64,000 bases of DNA from Lepidodermella squamata. Lineage: Eukaryota > Animalia > Gastrotricha. Numbering within the stretch: the first letter of the stretch is position 1; the number at the start of each line of letters is the position of its first letter. The translations under genes and the position numbers were made by a program. The DNA is taken from NCBI GenBank assembly GCA_047495785.1, contig JBLDXI010000030.1, forward strand, positions 496,001-560,000, read 5' to 3'. The notes under the pieces were generated by a model. That model saw only the letters and a list, made by a program, of their open reading frames with translations. It searched no databases and had not been told where the DNA came from. Of the stretch, positions 1-10,408 are shown piece after piece.

Positions 1-280
1 AAGGATGCTTTGTCGCAAAATGCGAATCGCATGGAGATTGCTGCAGTGGATTGTAAATGATAATCAATCTATAACACTTGCCTTGGTGTTAAATTTTGAT
101 AATTTTACAGCCGATGTGATTCCGGCAATTGTGTTCATTCGAGCGTCGGCTGCTCCACTGACAATTGCGATGGCGACGTATGCTGTACAGGGTAGGAAGG
201 GTTTTGCCATAGAGAACACGCTAATAGTTCACGGTTCTCTTTCTAGTGCTTGTCATTTCGGAGTCTGTGCGGGCAGATAG
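1..280 (+). CDS. Secreted double-knottin (C-C-CC-C-C x2) peptide gene, type A copy 1 (5' end outside window)
   Basis: Exons <1-52, 111-191, 247-280 with GT-AG introns give GCFVAKCESHGDCCSGFRCDSGNCVHSSVGCSTDNCDGDVCCTGACHFGVCAGR*; near-identical to 24335-24674. Confidence 0.85.
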   Translation, partial: RMLCRKMRIAWRLLQWIVNDNQSITLALVLNFDNFTADVIPAIVFIRASAAPLTIAMATYAVQGRKGFAIENTLIVHGSLSSACHFGVCAGR

Positions 281-1168
281 GATCCTTCACGCACTCACTC
301 ACGCATGTTAGCTGAATTACACAGCATTAACTGTATTGCTTGCTTAAAATTAAATATGGCTGCAGTTGGTTTATCTATTTCAAATGACTTGGTTCCTGTT
401 AATGCAAATGCGGAATTATATGCAAATTATATGCAAATATAAAGCCATTAAGAAAGAACGTCGTACTGTATCCGCCTCATCACACTCACTCTGGTACTAC
501 GCCAAAACCGCTGAAAATTGTTCTCGTTGCGCAACAATCCAAAGGTTTATCTGTCAAGTGTTATGGTGCCTTTTATTTTAGTGTCATTTGTTCCGTATCC
601 GATTGCTCCAGGGGGCAAAATATAACAACGGCTGCGTTCTTCCCCGTTTGCGACGCATCAAATTGTTGAGCGGTCAATGCGCTCTTAAACAGGGAAAAGA
701 GGCACGACATTCATCCAAATCTTGTTGAGTTTTATCACCGTGCCGTGAGTGCCATTATTTTTACTGAAATATAATCTAAAAAATAATAATATAAAAGAGA
801 GGTAACAATCTGACAAATTGAAAAGATCAATTCGTCGGTGCATTTGCAATGACTTTTGGCGACAACTCGAGATGCTTAGAATATTATCACCAAATTTCGA
901 GTTCTCGTCGACAAAGATCAAAGCGTTTACTCATCTGAAATTTCGGGTATTTTTAGAAATTATCTCAAATTTGAAGTAAATTCGAGGTGCCTTGACTGGC
1001 TACAGTATTAAGCTTTCAGTTAAGCTTTTACCAGGTTCCAATAATTCGGACAAGTCATAGCAACCTTTGTCAGAATCAGATGAGCAGCGAGCATCGTACT
1101 ATTTTTCTACTTATAACTTATAACTCTTCACAAAAAAACAGTGAAAAACAGGGGATACCGTACGTCCC

Positions 1169-1468
1169 AGCAGTAGGAATCGGCCGAAGCTGGGCCAGCC
1201 ACCTCAAAATAAAATTTTCATCTTTTATCATATTCTCCGCGGCAAATCTTCGGCTTTTCGCATAGCCCATGCGAAATGCAAAAATCATCACCAACGAGTC
1301 AAAATCACCGCCTAGGCATATCCAGCTCAAATTAAATTGAGTTTCACCGAACATCAGAATTTTCCGCTCTAAAAAATTTGAGAATAGCCTGAAAAGGGGT
1401 TGTTTTCAGAACACCACCTAGAAATGAAATTTACTCCGGATAAGACGCCCTGCGCACTGTTTTTTCAT
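1169..1468 (+). repeat. Left terminal inverted repeat of the Polinton
   Basis: Ungapped reverse complement of 22203-22502; outer 95 bp identical, about 20 mismatches further in. Confidence 0.95.
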
Positions 1469-1934
1469 TGCTAAAGGGTTACCCGTCAATCATGCGACGA
1501 CGCCTGTGTAAATTTTGAATTTTCCGCCAAAGTAAAAAAGCATGCGGCAAATAATTATTAAATAAAAAAATAAAACATATCAATTTATTATTCCTAGTTA
1601 ACATACATTCTGAAAATGAAGAAAATAACATAAACTTTTTTTTTATTCAAAGTGACCTTGACCGCAAGGTGCGTGGCGTGCACGGAACAGCCAAAACGAG
1701 TTTTTTCATGCTCTGGAACCTTCTTCCGGCGCTTTTAAACCGCTGCAGCTCCGCAGATCAGTATCATTCATGCGAATTACAACTTAACTCAATCGTTTCA
1801 GATAATGAATTTCGCGATTCTGTATTTTTTATAATTTTATAATTTATAATTTATTAATTTATTTTAAATAATATTTTTGAATAAATTCATTTTTATTTAT
1901 TTTTATTTATCTGTTTATTTTTAGATAAATTAAA

Positions 1935-2639
1935 ATGAATAATCTGGAAGACCTGGCCAATCAACTTGGAGCTAGTCATGCGAAATCTACTCTAAAAATT
2001 CTGGAGGAGATGGGCTTATCGGCAGCAGAACGACAGCCAATTGCTAAGGAGATAGATCGCATCAAGCCAAAGAAAGCAAAACTTATGAATAAAATTCAAT
2101 ACAATCAGCAATTAATTAAATCAATCTTAGATAGGTGGCGACAAGATGAAAAAGTGAGTCTTTTTTTTTTATTTATGTTATGTCAACTGTTTTCTTAATA
2201 TTTTTAGACTCCAAATCTTCACGCGCATAGAATTGGAGAATTATACAATCTTGTCATTTCTGCCGATACCGATATGCTTAGGAAAATGTTGGATTACTTA
2301 AAAACTTGCTTCTTACCCAGTAGTAATAGTGCAATTCTACAGACATATTATGATGACTTAAGCAATCTACTCAATCTTACTAAAGATACTGTTTTCTTTG
2401 TCTTGGAATATCATGTACTCGCTGTTAATTTAGAACAAGTCAAGGGAAAGGCTAAAGATATGGTAGCGAAGAAGTTAGCAAATGTGAACAATGTTATTGA
2501 TAGTGCCATTCCTTCTATTATGAATCCTTTTAGTCTACCTTCTCTTCAATCTAGCAATCATCCTGGATCTGATGTTGCCAACTCTTCGCTTGAAATTGAT
2601 GAGATTTGTGACCAGTTGAAGGGAATAGCATCTGAATGA
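1935..2639 (+). CDS. Polinton left-arm spliced gene 1, ~216 aa, unknown function
   Basis: Exon 1935-2153, phase-0 intron 2154-2207 (GTGAGT...TTTTTAG) and exon 2208-2639 join two ORF-track ORFs in frame. Confidence 0.75.
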
Positions 2640-2733
2640 GTGTTCAATCTATTTCTGAAAATTATGTTATGAACAATTATTTTGAAAAACCAAGTTCAAT
2701 AAATCTGCAATTACAATCTTTCTATATTTTTAG

Positions 2734-3656
2734 ATGAATGTTAGCAAAATATTTACTGATGCTATTGGGCGTGGGCGAAAGAAAACCAGAAATTCTCTGA
2801 AGCTCCGAATCGCGAAGAAATTCCATGCTGGCATCATGGCCCATAATAAGGATCTCAATGAAGTTCTGGCCTTCGTTGAAAAAGTCCGTCAATCGAAGCC
2901 TAATGAGCCAATGAAGCGCGTCATCGACTTGGCTAAGAAACTTCCTGACGTTTCTTTGATTGAACCAGTTGAAACTAAGCGTCCGACGAAACCGAAGAAA
3001 AAACGTGCTGGCGAAGAGGCTGAATATCAAGTCGTCGGCGACAACAGCGATGATGAATCTGGTATAGATGAAACAAGAGATGACGATGACGTAGCTTCTA
3101 ATCATACGGCCTCCACTGAAGCTAGTAACGATGTTATTAAGGTACTGTATTAATTATTAATTGCTCGGAATTAAAACGATTCTGTCTTTAGATTTACGGC
3201 GCCGAATATGATATTAGCAGCAACGACAAAATTTGTGATATGTTTGTTAAATTGTATAATGCTAGTTATGATGGTATTGCGAACTTAACTTCTATCACTG
3301 ATTCCCGTTCTGTAGAATCGATTGTAGAGTTTGTAAAAGAAAAGCAAAAATCGTTCAATAAGATTAAAGGCCTACAATTGTTATGTTCTTACTATACTGC
3401 CGAAGCCGTCGATAAACTTTATGGAATGTTTGAAGATAAGAAAGAATTCTATAAACTTGTTTCTGTACAATTCAACTTCGGTAAAACATGGATATCTTAT
3501 CTCTTAAAACTATTCAAATATTATAGATCATATCCAAAGCTTATGAATTGTGCCATCCCGCTTAAACAAATGCTCTACTTAGCTGAAAATACTTCTATTC
3601 TAACATTCTTAGCTGGTAATAAAGCATTTTATGAGACATTAGGATCCAGAGTGTGA
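2734..3656 (+). CDS. Polinton left-arm spliced gene 2, ~290 aa, basic NLS-like PKKKR and acidic tract
   Basis: Exon 2734-3141, phase-0 intron 3142-3191 (GTACTG...CTTTAG) and exon 3192-3656 join in frame. Confidence 0.75.
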
Positions 3657-3682
3657 TTACTTAAGCGTATCTCGTAAACTTG

Positions 3683-3997
3683 AAATCTTATGAATTATAA
3701 AATCTCATATTATGTGATCATTATTATCATGGTATGTTACAGATTTGCGTTGTTCACCCAGGTGAACGTGAAATTCTGTTACAATCCTTTCATCGTTAAA
3801 TCTTATGAATTATAAAATCTCGTATTATGTGTTCATTATTATCATGGTATGTTACAGATTTGCGTTGTTCACCCAGGTGAACGTGAAATTCTGTTACAAT
3901 CCTATCATCGTTAAATCTTATGAATTATAAAATCTCGTATTATGTGTTCATTATTATCATGGTATGTTACAGATTTGCGTTGTTCACCCAGGTGAAC
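3683..3997. repeat. 115-bp tandem repeat, ~2.7 copies, each with hairpin GTTCACC-CA-GGTGAAC
   Basis: Units start at 3683, 3798 and 3913; nearly identical. Confidence 0.95.
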
Positions 3998-4126
3998 AGT
4001 GTGCTATTAATTGAATCAGTCGAGCTTGATTGAATGATCAAAATTATGATTAATGCCTAATAAAATTAATAAGGAATAAGTAATAAGTACCGGTGTTTTT
4101 ATCTGTAGTAATAGCAGCTTTACACA

Positions 4127-7100
4127 TCACACTGATACATTGCGTATAAATGAGTGTCCATGCGCATATGTGCTCACGCCGTCGCTGCGTACCCATCTTT
4201 TATCATCATATGGACATAGCGCTACTTTAGTACTTTGAATAGTTACCAGCTTATGATTAAACGATCGAATTTGATTGAACGTAGCTTTAGTCACTACATG
4301 CTTCAATACGCAATCTTTATAGTTTTCAAATTGTATCTGCTTTTTCACACAATGTTTGACAACTCCTTTAGCTTTCTTTACTGATGTCTGTTTATAGAGC
4401 CCAGAGTTATCTCCAGCACTCGAAATTACTGTAGATTTAAAGCTATATGATTTGGATCTCAAGCCAACGAATTCAGTAATGGTTGAAAGGGTAATACCTC
4501 CCGCGCATTCATCTTTGAACTTACCAATAACTTTCTTGTTCATGTTTGAATGCAATGCGTGATCTTTAGGGTAATCACTGAAGTCCATCAGTTCTTTGAG
4601 ACTTTCCATGTCCTTATATATATCTGCTGTTTCTACATGATAACACAGTGAATCAGTATCAGTGAATAAGAGCTTCGCTTTATCGCCATAACTATTCTTT
4701 ATCACGTTGTAATGAAAATCATACATTAGAGTTTTCGATAATTCTAAAACGCTGAAACCGACAATAATCGGACGATCAAATTTAATTGATGTTTTTGCCA
4801 TATTTACGCTGCATAAATCTTCGGCAATCACTTTGGCATCTTTGAAATTTGGCTTGTTTATCAATTTTTGTAATTTCGTGGATTGAGTCACAAGTCTAAC
4901 GTCAACTCTTTTTCTTAGATTCTCCATAGTTTTTCCGAATACGGCATTATTCATTAATTTGAAGAAGTCTTTTTCAAAGTCATTTTTAGCTTCACTTCTT
5001 TTCTTAGTATTAAATTCAATATACGGTGCCAGCCATTTGGACTGCTCAAAGATCAACACTTTATGCACTTTTTTCAAAACCAAACCCATTTTCAATGCCT
5101 GCTTCAGGTTTCTGTAATGAATAATATAGCGAGTCTTGTCATATAGATTTTGAGTCAGCTTTTTCATGACTGGCGGTTTCGGCAGCTTCAATTCTTGGAT
5201 AACATTTTGCATGAAAGGGCTAGGGTTGCAACTTGTCTGCTCAGGGCAGAATGGATAGTCATTATGCGCATCGTGCAGCGTTGCAGGATATTCTAAATCT
5301 ACCATAAACATATATCCAGTGTTATCATCATCTCCTAAATTCATTATAAATTCGGTGGTATATTTATCCAAGTTATTTTCCCATTGATATCGTCCCAATG
5401 GTAATACTTGTGACATGGCATAGCCGTAAAGATTATTAGCATCCAGGTATATTATATATGAATCAGGCTTCGCCGGATCGTATTCTAACATGTATTTGTT
5501 GTTTGCTCCTGCATATCTATGAGTAATTACGCTGACACCGCCTCGAATTCCCTCCTCTACAAATGTTAGCATTTCTTCGTTATCTAATAGTTCGATTTGA
5601 ACTCCGGTTTTCTTCAACATGGCATCCCAGGACAAGCTTGGTGCCGTTAAATAATGAGCAGGATCCAAAGTATAATACTTCATACATGTTTCCCTGAAAC
5701 TTTCGAAACAATCAGCTAAAAGTAACACATCAGTTTTCAAATAAAGGTTATGATAGTCTTTCAGTTTTCGACAGCCAAATTCATTATATACACGTTTAGC
5801 GTGTTCATAATCTTCTCGTGATATTGGTACCCGCTCTAATTTCTCATCTATTGAACTTGAGTGAAGGCTGCTAGAAAAATGTTCAATATCTGGTAGCGAA
5901 GGCTCCTCCAATTTTTCAGGGCCATCCATATATTCATAGGGATAAAATCCCTTCTGTTTTATCAGATCTAATTGCAGGTCTGTCAACCTCGAAAATTGAC
6001 TCTTTAAATGAGGAAACGCTCCGTTTGATTTTTTCAAATTTTGTACCAAATCAGCCAAACTTATTGACATGAAATTAAGACTATCCATGAACCTTAATTT
6101 TCCAACGTTGAAGGAAATGAATTTCTCTGAGCTATTCGCAATCGCTCCTATCTGTAGCAGAGGTTTCTTGCTACGATTTTTCTGATCCTTTGGTAATTTA
6201 TCCCTTTCTTTTATTCTTTCCTCATTTATTTCCTCTATCACTTTTCCAGCTGCCTGTAAAATCAAATGTGCATCATAACCTTTCAAATTATGAAATACAA
6301 CTGGTATATTGATATTTCTATAGCTATATTTCAAGTTACATAAACTATGAGCTGCACCTCTGTAATAACCTGTCAGATGATCATGATCTCGCACTTTTTT
6401 CAATTTCTCTGAATCATTGACAATGACGCCTTTGCAAATATGACACTGTGATGCCTTATTGTATTCCATTTCTTGTTGCCTTGTCAATTGCATCGCCTTG
6501 TTGGTATTTCTCAGATATGTACTCAAAAAAGATTCGGTTTTTATCAAATATCTCAGAAATTTCTCAGTGCATTCCTCGCCCTCAAATTTTACATACCGTG
6601 AGGTGATGCTATCCACATCACTTGCAAGGTAAGCACCAAAAGAGTTCGCTACATGTTTCTGAAAAATATTCGAGTTTTCTCCCTTTTTCTCATCTGTTTT
6701 AACCAGGAAACTCTCTGCGTCGCAATAAAATACAAATGGTATTTTTAGTTGTTTGCCATAATTTTTAAACATAACCGATTCGCCCTTGGGCATTTCAACT
6801 TTAACTTTCCCATTTTTCTCATTGCACTTCTGTCTATCAATATGTTGTTGCTTTGACTCAGCGCTATTAAAACCTTGAAAACATTTGAAACACCAGAATC
6901 GCTTATGCTCATGCTTGTTCACTCGTGATAAAAGTGCACTTGGATTTTTAATCCAGCAGTAATGTGCTTGCTTATTTTCAACAATTCTGAGCAGATTAAC
7001 TTCTTCTCGAAATTTTTTATCTGATACGTAAAACGGGAAGAGGACCTCCTTATCAATTTTCCCACATTCAATAATGTTGATTCGTATTTTATTCATATCT

Positions 7101-8368
7101 TCCAATTTCGATATATCTTTAATGGTAACTGGGAATTTTACGCCTTCAATTTTTATCGTACTTTCATATTTAACATACTTCGAAACTCGGTAAGCATGAT
7201 CATCAAATCGATGTCGTGAAGCGAGAATGCTCCATATTATGCATTTATTATCTTTGTTCTGGACATTAATGACAGCTTTTTTATTAGCGATCCATTTGGG
7301 TGTCTCAATATATGAGCCAGCTGCCAGCGGCGTATACGTAAATGTACATACGCTTGTATTTCCAATACCTAACAAAGTCCCACCAGTATCTCGCTGATGG
7401 TATTCTTGAATACTCGACCCCATTTGTGTGAACATATTTTCTACAACACCAGGGATATCTTCGCAACTAATTATTGTTGGGGCTCTCTCATTTGATGAAC
7501 TCCATTTATAAGTTGGTGTCGCGTTATTTTCTTGATAATATAAGGCTGTTATCAACACAGCTTTTACAGGGCCGCGTTCAGTGAATTGTTTCCAATATTC
7601 GTTTATTACTTTAGGTTTAATTTTCCTTGCATATTCGAAAAAATCTATTTCATATGTGTTTGTTGGCTCTAAGTCAGTGCGAGAAAGAATATTTCTGAAA
7701 TGTCCGAAATTATCAACATTTACTATATGAAAGTAATCATCCTTTTCTAAGCTGTTAGTACCTTTAACGTATTTATATCCATCCGCAATGAGCTGATGAA
7801 ACTTATTGCCATCAATTTTGATCTTATTCATTGTTTTTGGGTTGACAACAAACCCAATCTTTTCCTGTCTTTTAAACATTTTATTTGAATTATCTTTAAT
7901 AGCATAGCCCTGTCTTCGCAAGCTTTCATATCTTTCTCCACCTATCAGTATAGGCTCACCATTTATCGGGTCAAATACATATCCTTCTCTTATCTTATTT
8001 TTATATTTGATTAATATGTTATTTTCAGAATCGTAAGCATGTGTATTTCTAACCATTTTTACAAATTCTCTTGATCCGACTTCAATTTTTCCGCCATTTA
8101 AAAATGCTATTTTTTTTAGTTGGTTTCTATATTTTTCATATTTATAATTACGTTCTATCAATTGATTAAATATTTCCCCATTAACAGGGATTAAACTTCC
8201 GTCTTCAGGATTAACAACATGATGAATATACGGCTGACCATTTTTAAGCCATTTTTTACCAATTTCATCATATGTAAAACCCTCTTTAATGTACTTTCTG
8301 AAGGCTTTTCCACCCATTTTCATATCAAAACCCTTTGGACTCTGTATGCACGAATTTTCTTGACTCAT
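4127..8368 (-). CDS. polB: Protein-primed family B DNA polymerase (pPolB), 1413 aa
   Basis: Exo motifs CDAES, FHNLKGYDAH, YLKTDV; Pol motifs YLDANNLYG, KLMNNAVFGK, FTDTDS; EndoVII/HNH-like insert CHIC...RDHDHLTG...HSLCN; candidate OTU-like Cys/His region (DNKC...HY). Confidence 0.97.
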   Translation of the reverse strand: MSQENSCIQSPKGFDMKMGGKAFRKYIKEGFTYDEIGKKWLKNGQPYIHHVVNPEDGSLIPVNGEIFNQLIERNYKYEKYRNQLKKIAFLNGGKIEVGSREFVKMVRNTHAYDSENNILIKYKNKIREGYVFDPINGEPILIGGERYESLRRQGYAIKDNSNKMFKRQEKIGFVVNPKTMNKIKIDGNKFHQLIADGYKYVKGTNSLEKDDYFHIVNVDNFGHFRNILSRTDLEPTNTYEIDFFEYARKIKPKVINEYWKQFTERGPVKAVLITALYYQENNATPTYKWSSSNERAPTIISCEDIPGVVENMFTQMGSSIQEYHQRDTGGTLLGIGNTSVCTFTYTPLAAGSYIETPKWIANKKAVINVQNKDNKCIIWSILASRHRFDDHAYRVSKYVKYESTIKIEGVKFPVTIKDISKLEDMNKIRINIIECGKIDKEVLFPFYVSDKKFREEVNLLRIVENKQAHYCWIKNPSALLSRVNKHEHKRFWCFKCFQGFNSAESKQQHIDRQKCNEKNGKVKVEMPKGESVMFKNYGKQLKIPFVFYCDAESFLVKTDEKKGENSNIFQKHVANSFGAYLASDVDSITSRYVKFEGEECTEKFLRYLIKTESFLSTYLRNTNKAMQLTRQQEMEYNKASQCHICKGVIVNDSEKLKKVRDHDHLTGYYRGAAHSLCNLKYSYRNINIPVVFHNLKGYDAHLILQAAGKVIEEINEERIKERDKLPKDQKNRSKKPLLQIGAIANSSEKFISFNVGKLRFMDSLNFMSISLADLVQNLKKSNGAFPHLKSQFSRLTDLQLDLIKQKGFYPYEYMDGPEKLEEPSLPDIEHFSSSLHSSSIDEKLERVPISREDYEHAKRVYNEFGCRKLKDYHNLYLKTDVLLLADCFESFRETCMKYYTLDPAHYLTAPSLSWDAMLKKTGVQIELLDNEEMLTFVEEGIRGGVSVITHRYAGANNKYMLEYDPAKPDSYIIYLDANNLYGYAMSQVLPLGRYQWENNLDKYTTEFIMNLGDDDNTGYMFMVDLEYPATLHDAHNDYPFCPEQTSCNPSPFMQNVIQELKLPKPPVMKKLTQNLYDKTRYIIHYRNLKQALKMGLVLKKVHKVLIFEQSKWLAPYIEFNTKKRSEAKNDFEKDFFKLMNNAVFGKTMENLRKRVDVRLVTQSTKLQKLINKPNFKDAKVIAEDLCSVNMAKTSIKFDRPIIVGFSVLELSKTLMYDFHYNVIKNSYGDKAKLLFTDTDSLCYHVETADIYKDMESLKELMDFSDYPKDHALHSNMNKKVIGKFKDECAGGITLSTITEFVGLRSKSYSFKSTVISSAGDNSGLYKQTSVKKAKGVVKHCVKKQIQFENYKDCVLKHVVTKATFNQIRSFNHKLVTIQSTKVALCPYDDKRWVRSDGVSTYAHGHSFIRNVSV

Positions 8369-8371
8369 TCT

Positions 8372-8484
8372 TATATATATTATATTAAGAAAATAATTCC
8401 TTATATAGAAATTTCAATTTTTTTCTTTTTCCATATTCTTTTTGGAAATGCTTAAAGAATTATTTTCTTGATATAATATATATA
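8372..8484. promoter_or_regulatory. Inverted-repeat bidirectional promoter between polB and the 8495 gene
   Basis: 8372-8399 and 8457-8484 are 27/28-identical inverted copies (GAATTATTTTCTT(A/G)ATATAATATATATA), each ending just before an ATG. Confidence 0.65.
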
Positions 8485-8494
8485 GAAATTCACT

Positions 8495-8746
8495 ATGACA
8501 ACAATTAATAAGCAACCCAGAGGTAGACCTAAAAAATACCTGACAGAAGAAGAAAAATTATTAGCATATAAAGAGGTTCATAAAAACAGCTGTAAGAAGT
8601 ACTGGCGTGAAACGTTTCACATGGCGCAATTGAACGATACGATTCTTAATACGACAGATAAGCTGTTGGTTATTTCAGAAAAGCAATTGGAGGAACTTGT
8701 CAGTAACATCATCGCGAATAAATTGAAAAATATTTTCTTGACTTGA
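8495..8746 (+). CDS. Small basic protein with AT-hook-like PRGRPKK motif
   Basis: 83-aa ATG ORF divergent from polB, preceded by TATATA motif. Confidence 0.7.
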   Translation: MTTINKQPRGRPKKYLTEEEKLLAYKEVHKNSCKKYWRETFHMAQLNDTILNTTDKLLVISEKQLEELVSNIIANKLKNIFLT

Positions 8747-8866
8747 TATATAGATGTGAAATATAAATATTACTTAACGCATTGAAGCCAGTTTGAACTC
8801 ATTCTTATATATCCACCCTTTTCCCATTTTGACTCAGTAGGGAGTAATTCATAAATGCATCACTCT

Positions 8867-10333
8867 CTAATCAATGATATTTTCTGCTTTTTCCCATGTA
8901 GGATGGTCATATCCTGCCCATTTAATTAAAACCATATCTTTCCCTTTAACTTTCTTCCTTTGTAATATTTGCTCAACTCGGTGAATACTGTTGTCATATA
9001 AATCACTCTCATTTATTTTAGATTTTAGTAACTCCTGCTCATAAAAACTTCCAACTACTTCCTCTCCGTCTAATGCTTTTAATTTATATGTTCTTGGATA
9101 TGTATCATTGACTTTTACTATTCTCAACAATTCTTCAGACCAATTTGGATGAAATCCTTTTTCAAAATGCTCTTTAATCCTACTAATCCTGACAATGTCA
9201 TTCAGCATGAATTTTGGCTTTTTCAATTTTGGCGAGGGATTAGGATAGAGACTTCGTAATACCCTTTCTTTGTTATTCGGATTTACTGCTTCTGACGGGG
9301 TCATCTTAATTGATCTATGATTCTTATTGTTATAAGCATCCAACAAAGTATCTAACATATTTATCCATCTTCGTGTATTTTCGAGAGTAAACCTCTTCCA
9401 CATCATAGTTTTAAGTGTTCTATTAAATCGCTCTATAATTGGGTTATGAAAGTTTTCATACGTCGAATATCTGATGACATCATTTGTTTTTAACCATTTT
9501 GTGAATATTGAGTTATAAAATTCACTACCTTCATCAACCCAAATATTGTTTGGTTTTCTGTTACTTTTATTTATAACAGTCATGAATGCGTCAAATACAG
9601 TTTTAGCATCTTTTGTTTTTAATGGGACAGCCCATGCATATTTTGAAAAGCAATCAATGATAGTTAAAAGATATTTGTAGCCATCATTGTCATCTGCCAA
9701 GTCAACCATGAAACATATATCCATTCCCCATGTTTCATCAACATCATGGAGGATAACCCTGCGTCTTGGAAATCGCTTTCTAACCGGTTTATGTAATTCA
9801 TCAGCTAGAATTGGGAAGTTTACTTTACTCGTTTCTAAAGGTTCGGAAAGATTAGGAACATGCTTGATTTTCTTAATCTTTTTAGTTTCATTTTTACTTA
9901 CTAGTTTTGGCTCTTCATAACTTACTTTCGTCTTTCGTTCACGAAGTGTCATTCCTTTTCCTTGAAACTTATCAGCTAAACCACCCTCTGTAAACGTTTT
10001 GTAAACAAAAGCTGCCATCAGTTTTTCATTACTATTTTTATTCGGATCCTTAGCAATTTTCAAAGCTTTTTCAGCCAAAATTCTATCAGATATTGTTCGT
10101 GGCTCCCTATCTCTATGAAAATAATAAGCTGCATCATGTTCCATTGCTGCTCTATCCAAATCATTTATGCCTTTGTATCCTTCGTTTATCCTTTGAATAA
10201 ATTTAGTGCCGGGGCCAGCATATGAATACTTGTTCGTATTGTTAAAACTACCTTTCCGCACATATTCACCGAAACCTGGAAAACTAGGTAAATGCAATTC
10301 GGTCGGCAAGTTATTAATTATCTGATCAAACAT
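8867..10333 (-). CDS. PLA2-like domain fused to RVE (DDE) integrase with C-terminal chromodomain
   Basis: YAGPG...DRAAMEHDAAY (parvovirus-type PLA2); DDE motifs WGMDI, WVDEG, IERFNRTLK; chromodomain VEQIL...LIKWAGY..PTWE. Confidence 0.93.
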   Translation of the reverse strand: MFDQIINNLPTELHLPSFPGFGEYVRKGSFNNTNKYSYAGPGTKFIQRINEGYKGINDLDRAAMEHDAAYYFHRDREPRTISDRILAEKALKIAKDPNKNSNEKLMAAFVYKTFTEGGLADKFQGKGMTLRERKTKVSYEEPKLVSKNETKKIKKIKHVPNLSEPLETSKVNFPILADELHKPVRKRFPRRRVILHDVDETWGMDICFMVDLADDNDGYKYLLTIIDCFSKYAWAVPLKTKDAKTVFDAFMTVINKSNRKPNNIWVDEGSEFYNSIFTKWLKTNDVIRYSTYENFHNPIIERFNRTLKTMMWKRFTLENTRRWINMLDTLLDAYNNKNHRSIKMTPSEAVNPNNKERVLRSLYPNPSPKLKKPKFMLNDIVRISRIKEHFEKGFHPNWSEELLRIVKVNDTYPRTYKLKALDGEEVVGSFYEQELLKSKINESDLYDNSIHRVEQILQRKKVKGKDMVLIKWAGYDHPTWEKAENIID

Positions 10334-10408
10334 TTCTGAAGTATAGCTAGAAGTTCAATGGTTTTAAAAAATCCTAATATTTTCTAAATTTCTAATATAT
10401 TTATAAGA

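Noticed and set aside
1080-1354. ORFs overlapping the left TIR, mirrored at 22331-22615
   Set aside because: Their similarity is just the TIR; they cross the element boundary or use non-ATG starts and show no protein features
1935-3656. Rb-binding LxCxE 'oncoprotein' motif in left-arm genes
   Set aside because: No exact LxCxE is present
3683-3997. Possible CRISPR-like array (palindromic repeats), also considered for 20306-21008
   Set aside because: Whole units repeat with no unique spacers, there are no cas genes and the context is eukaryotic
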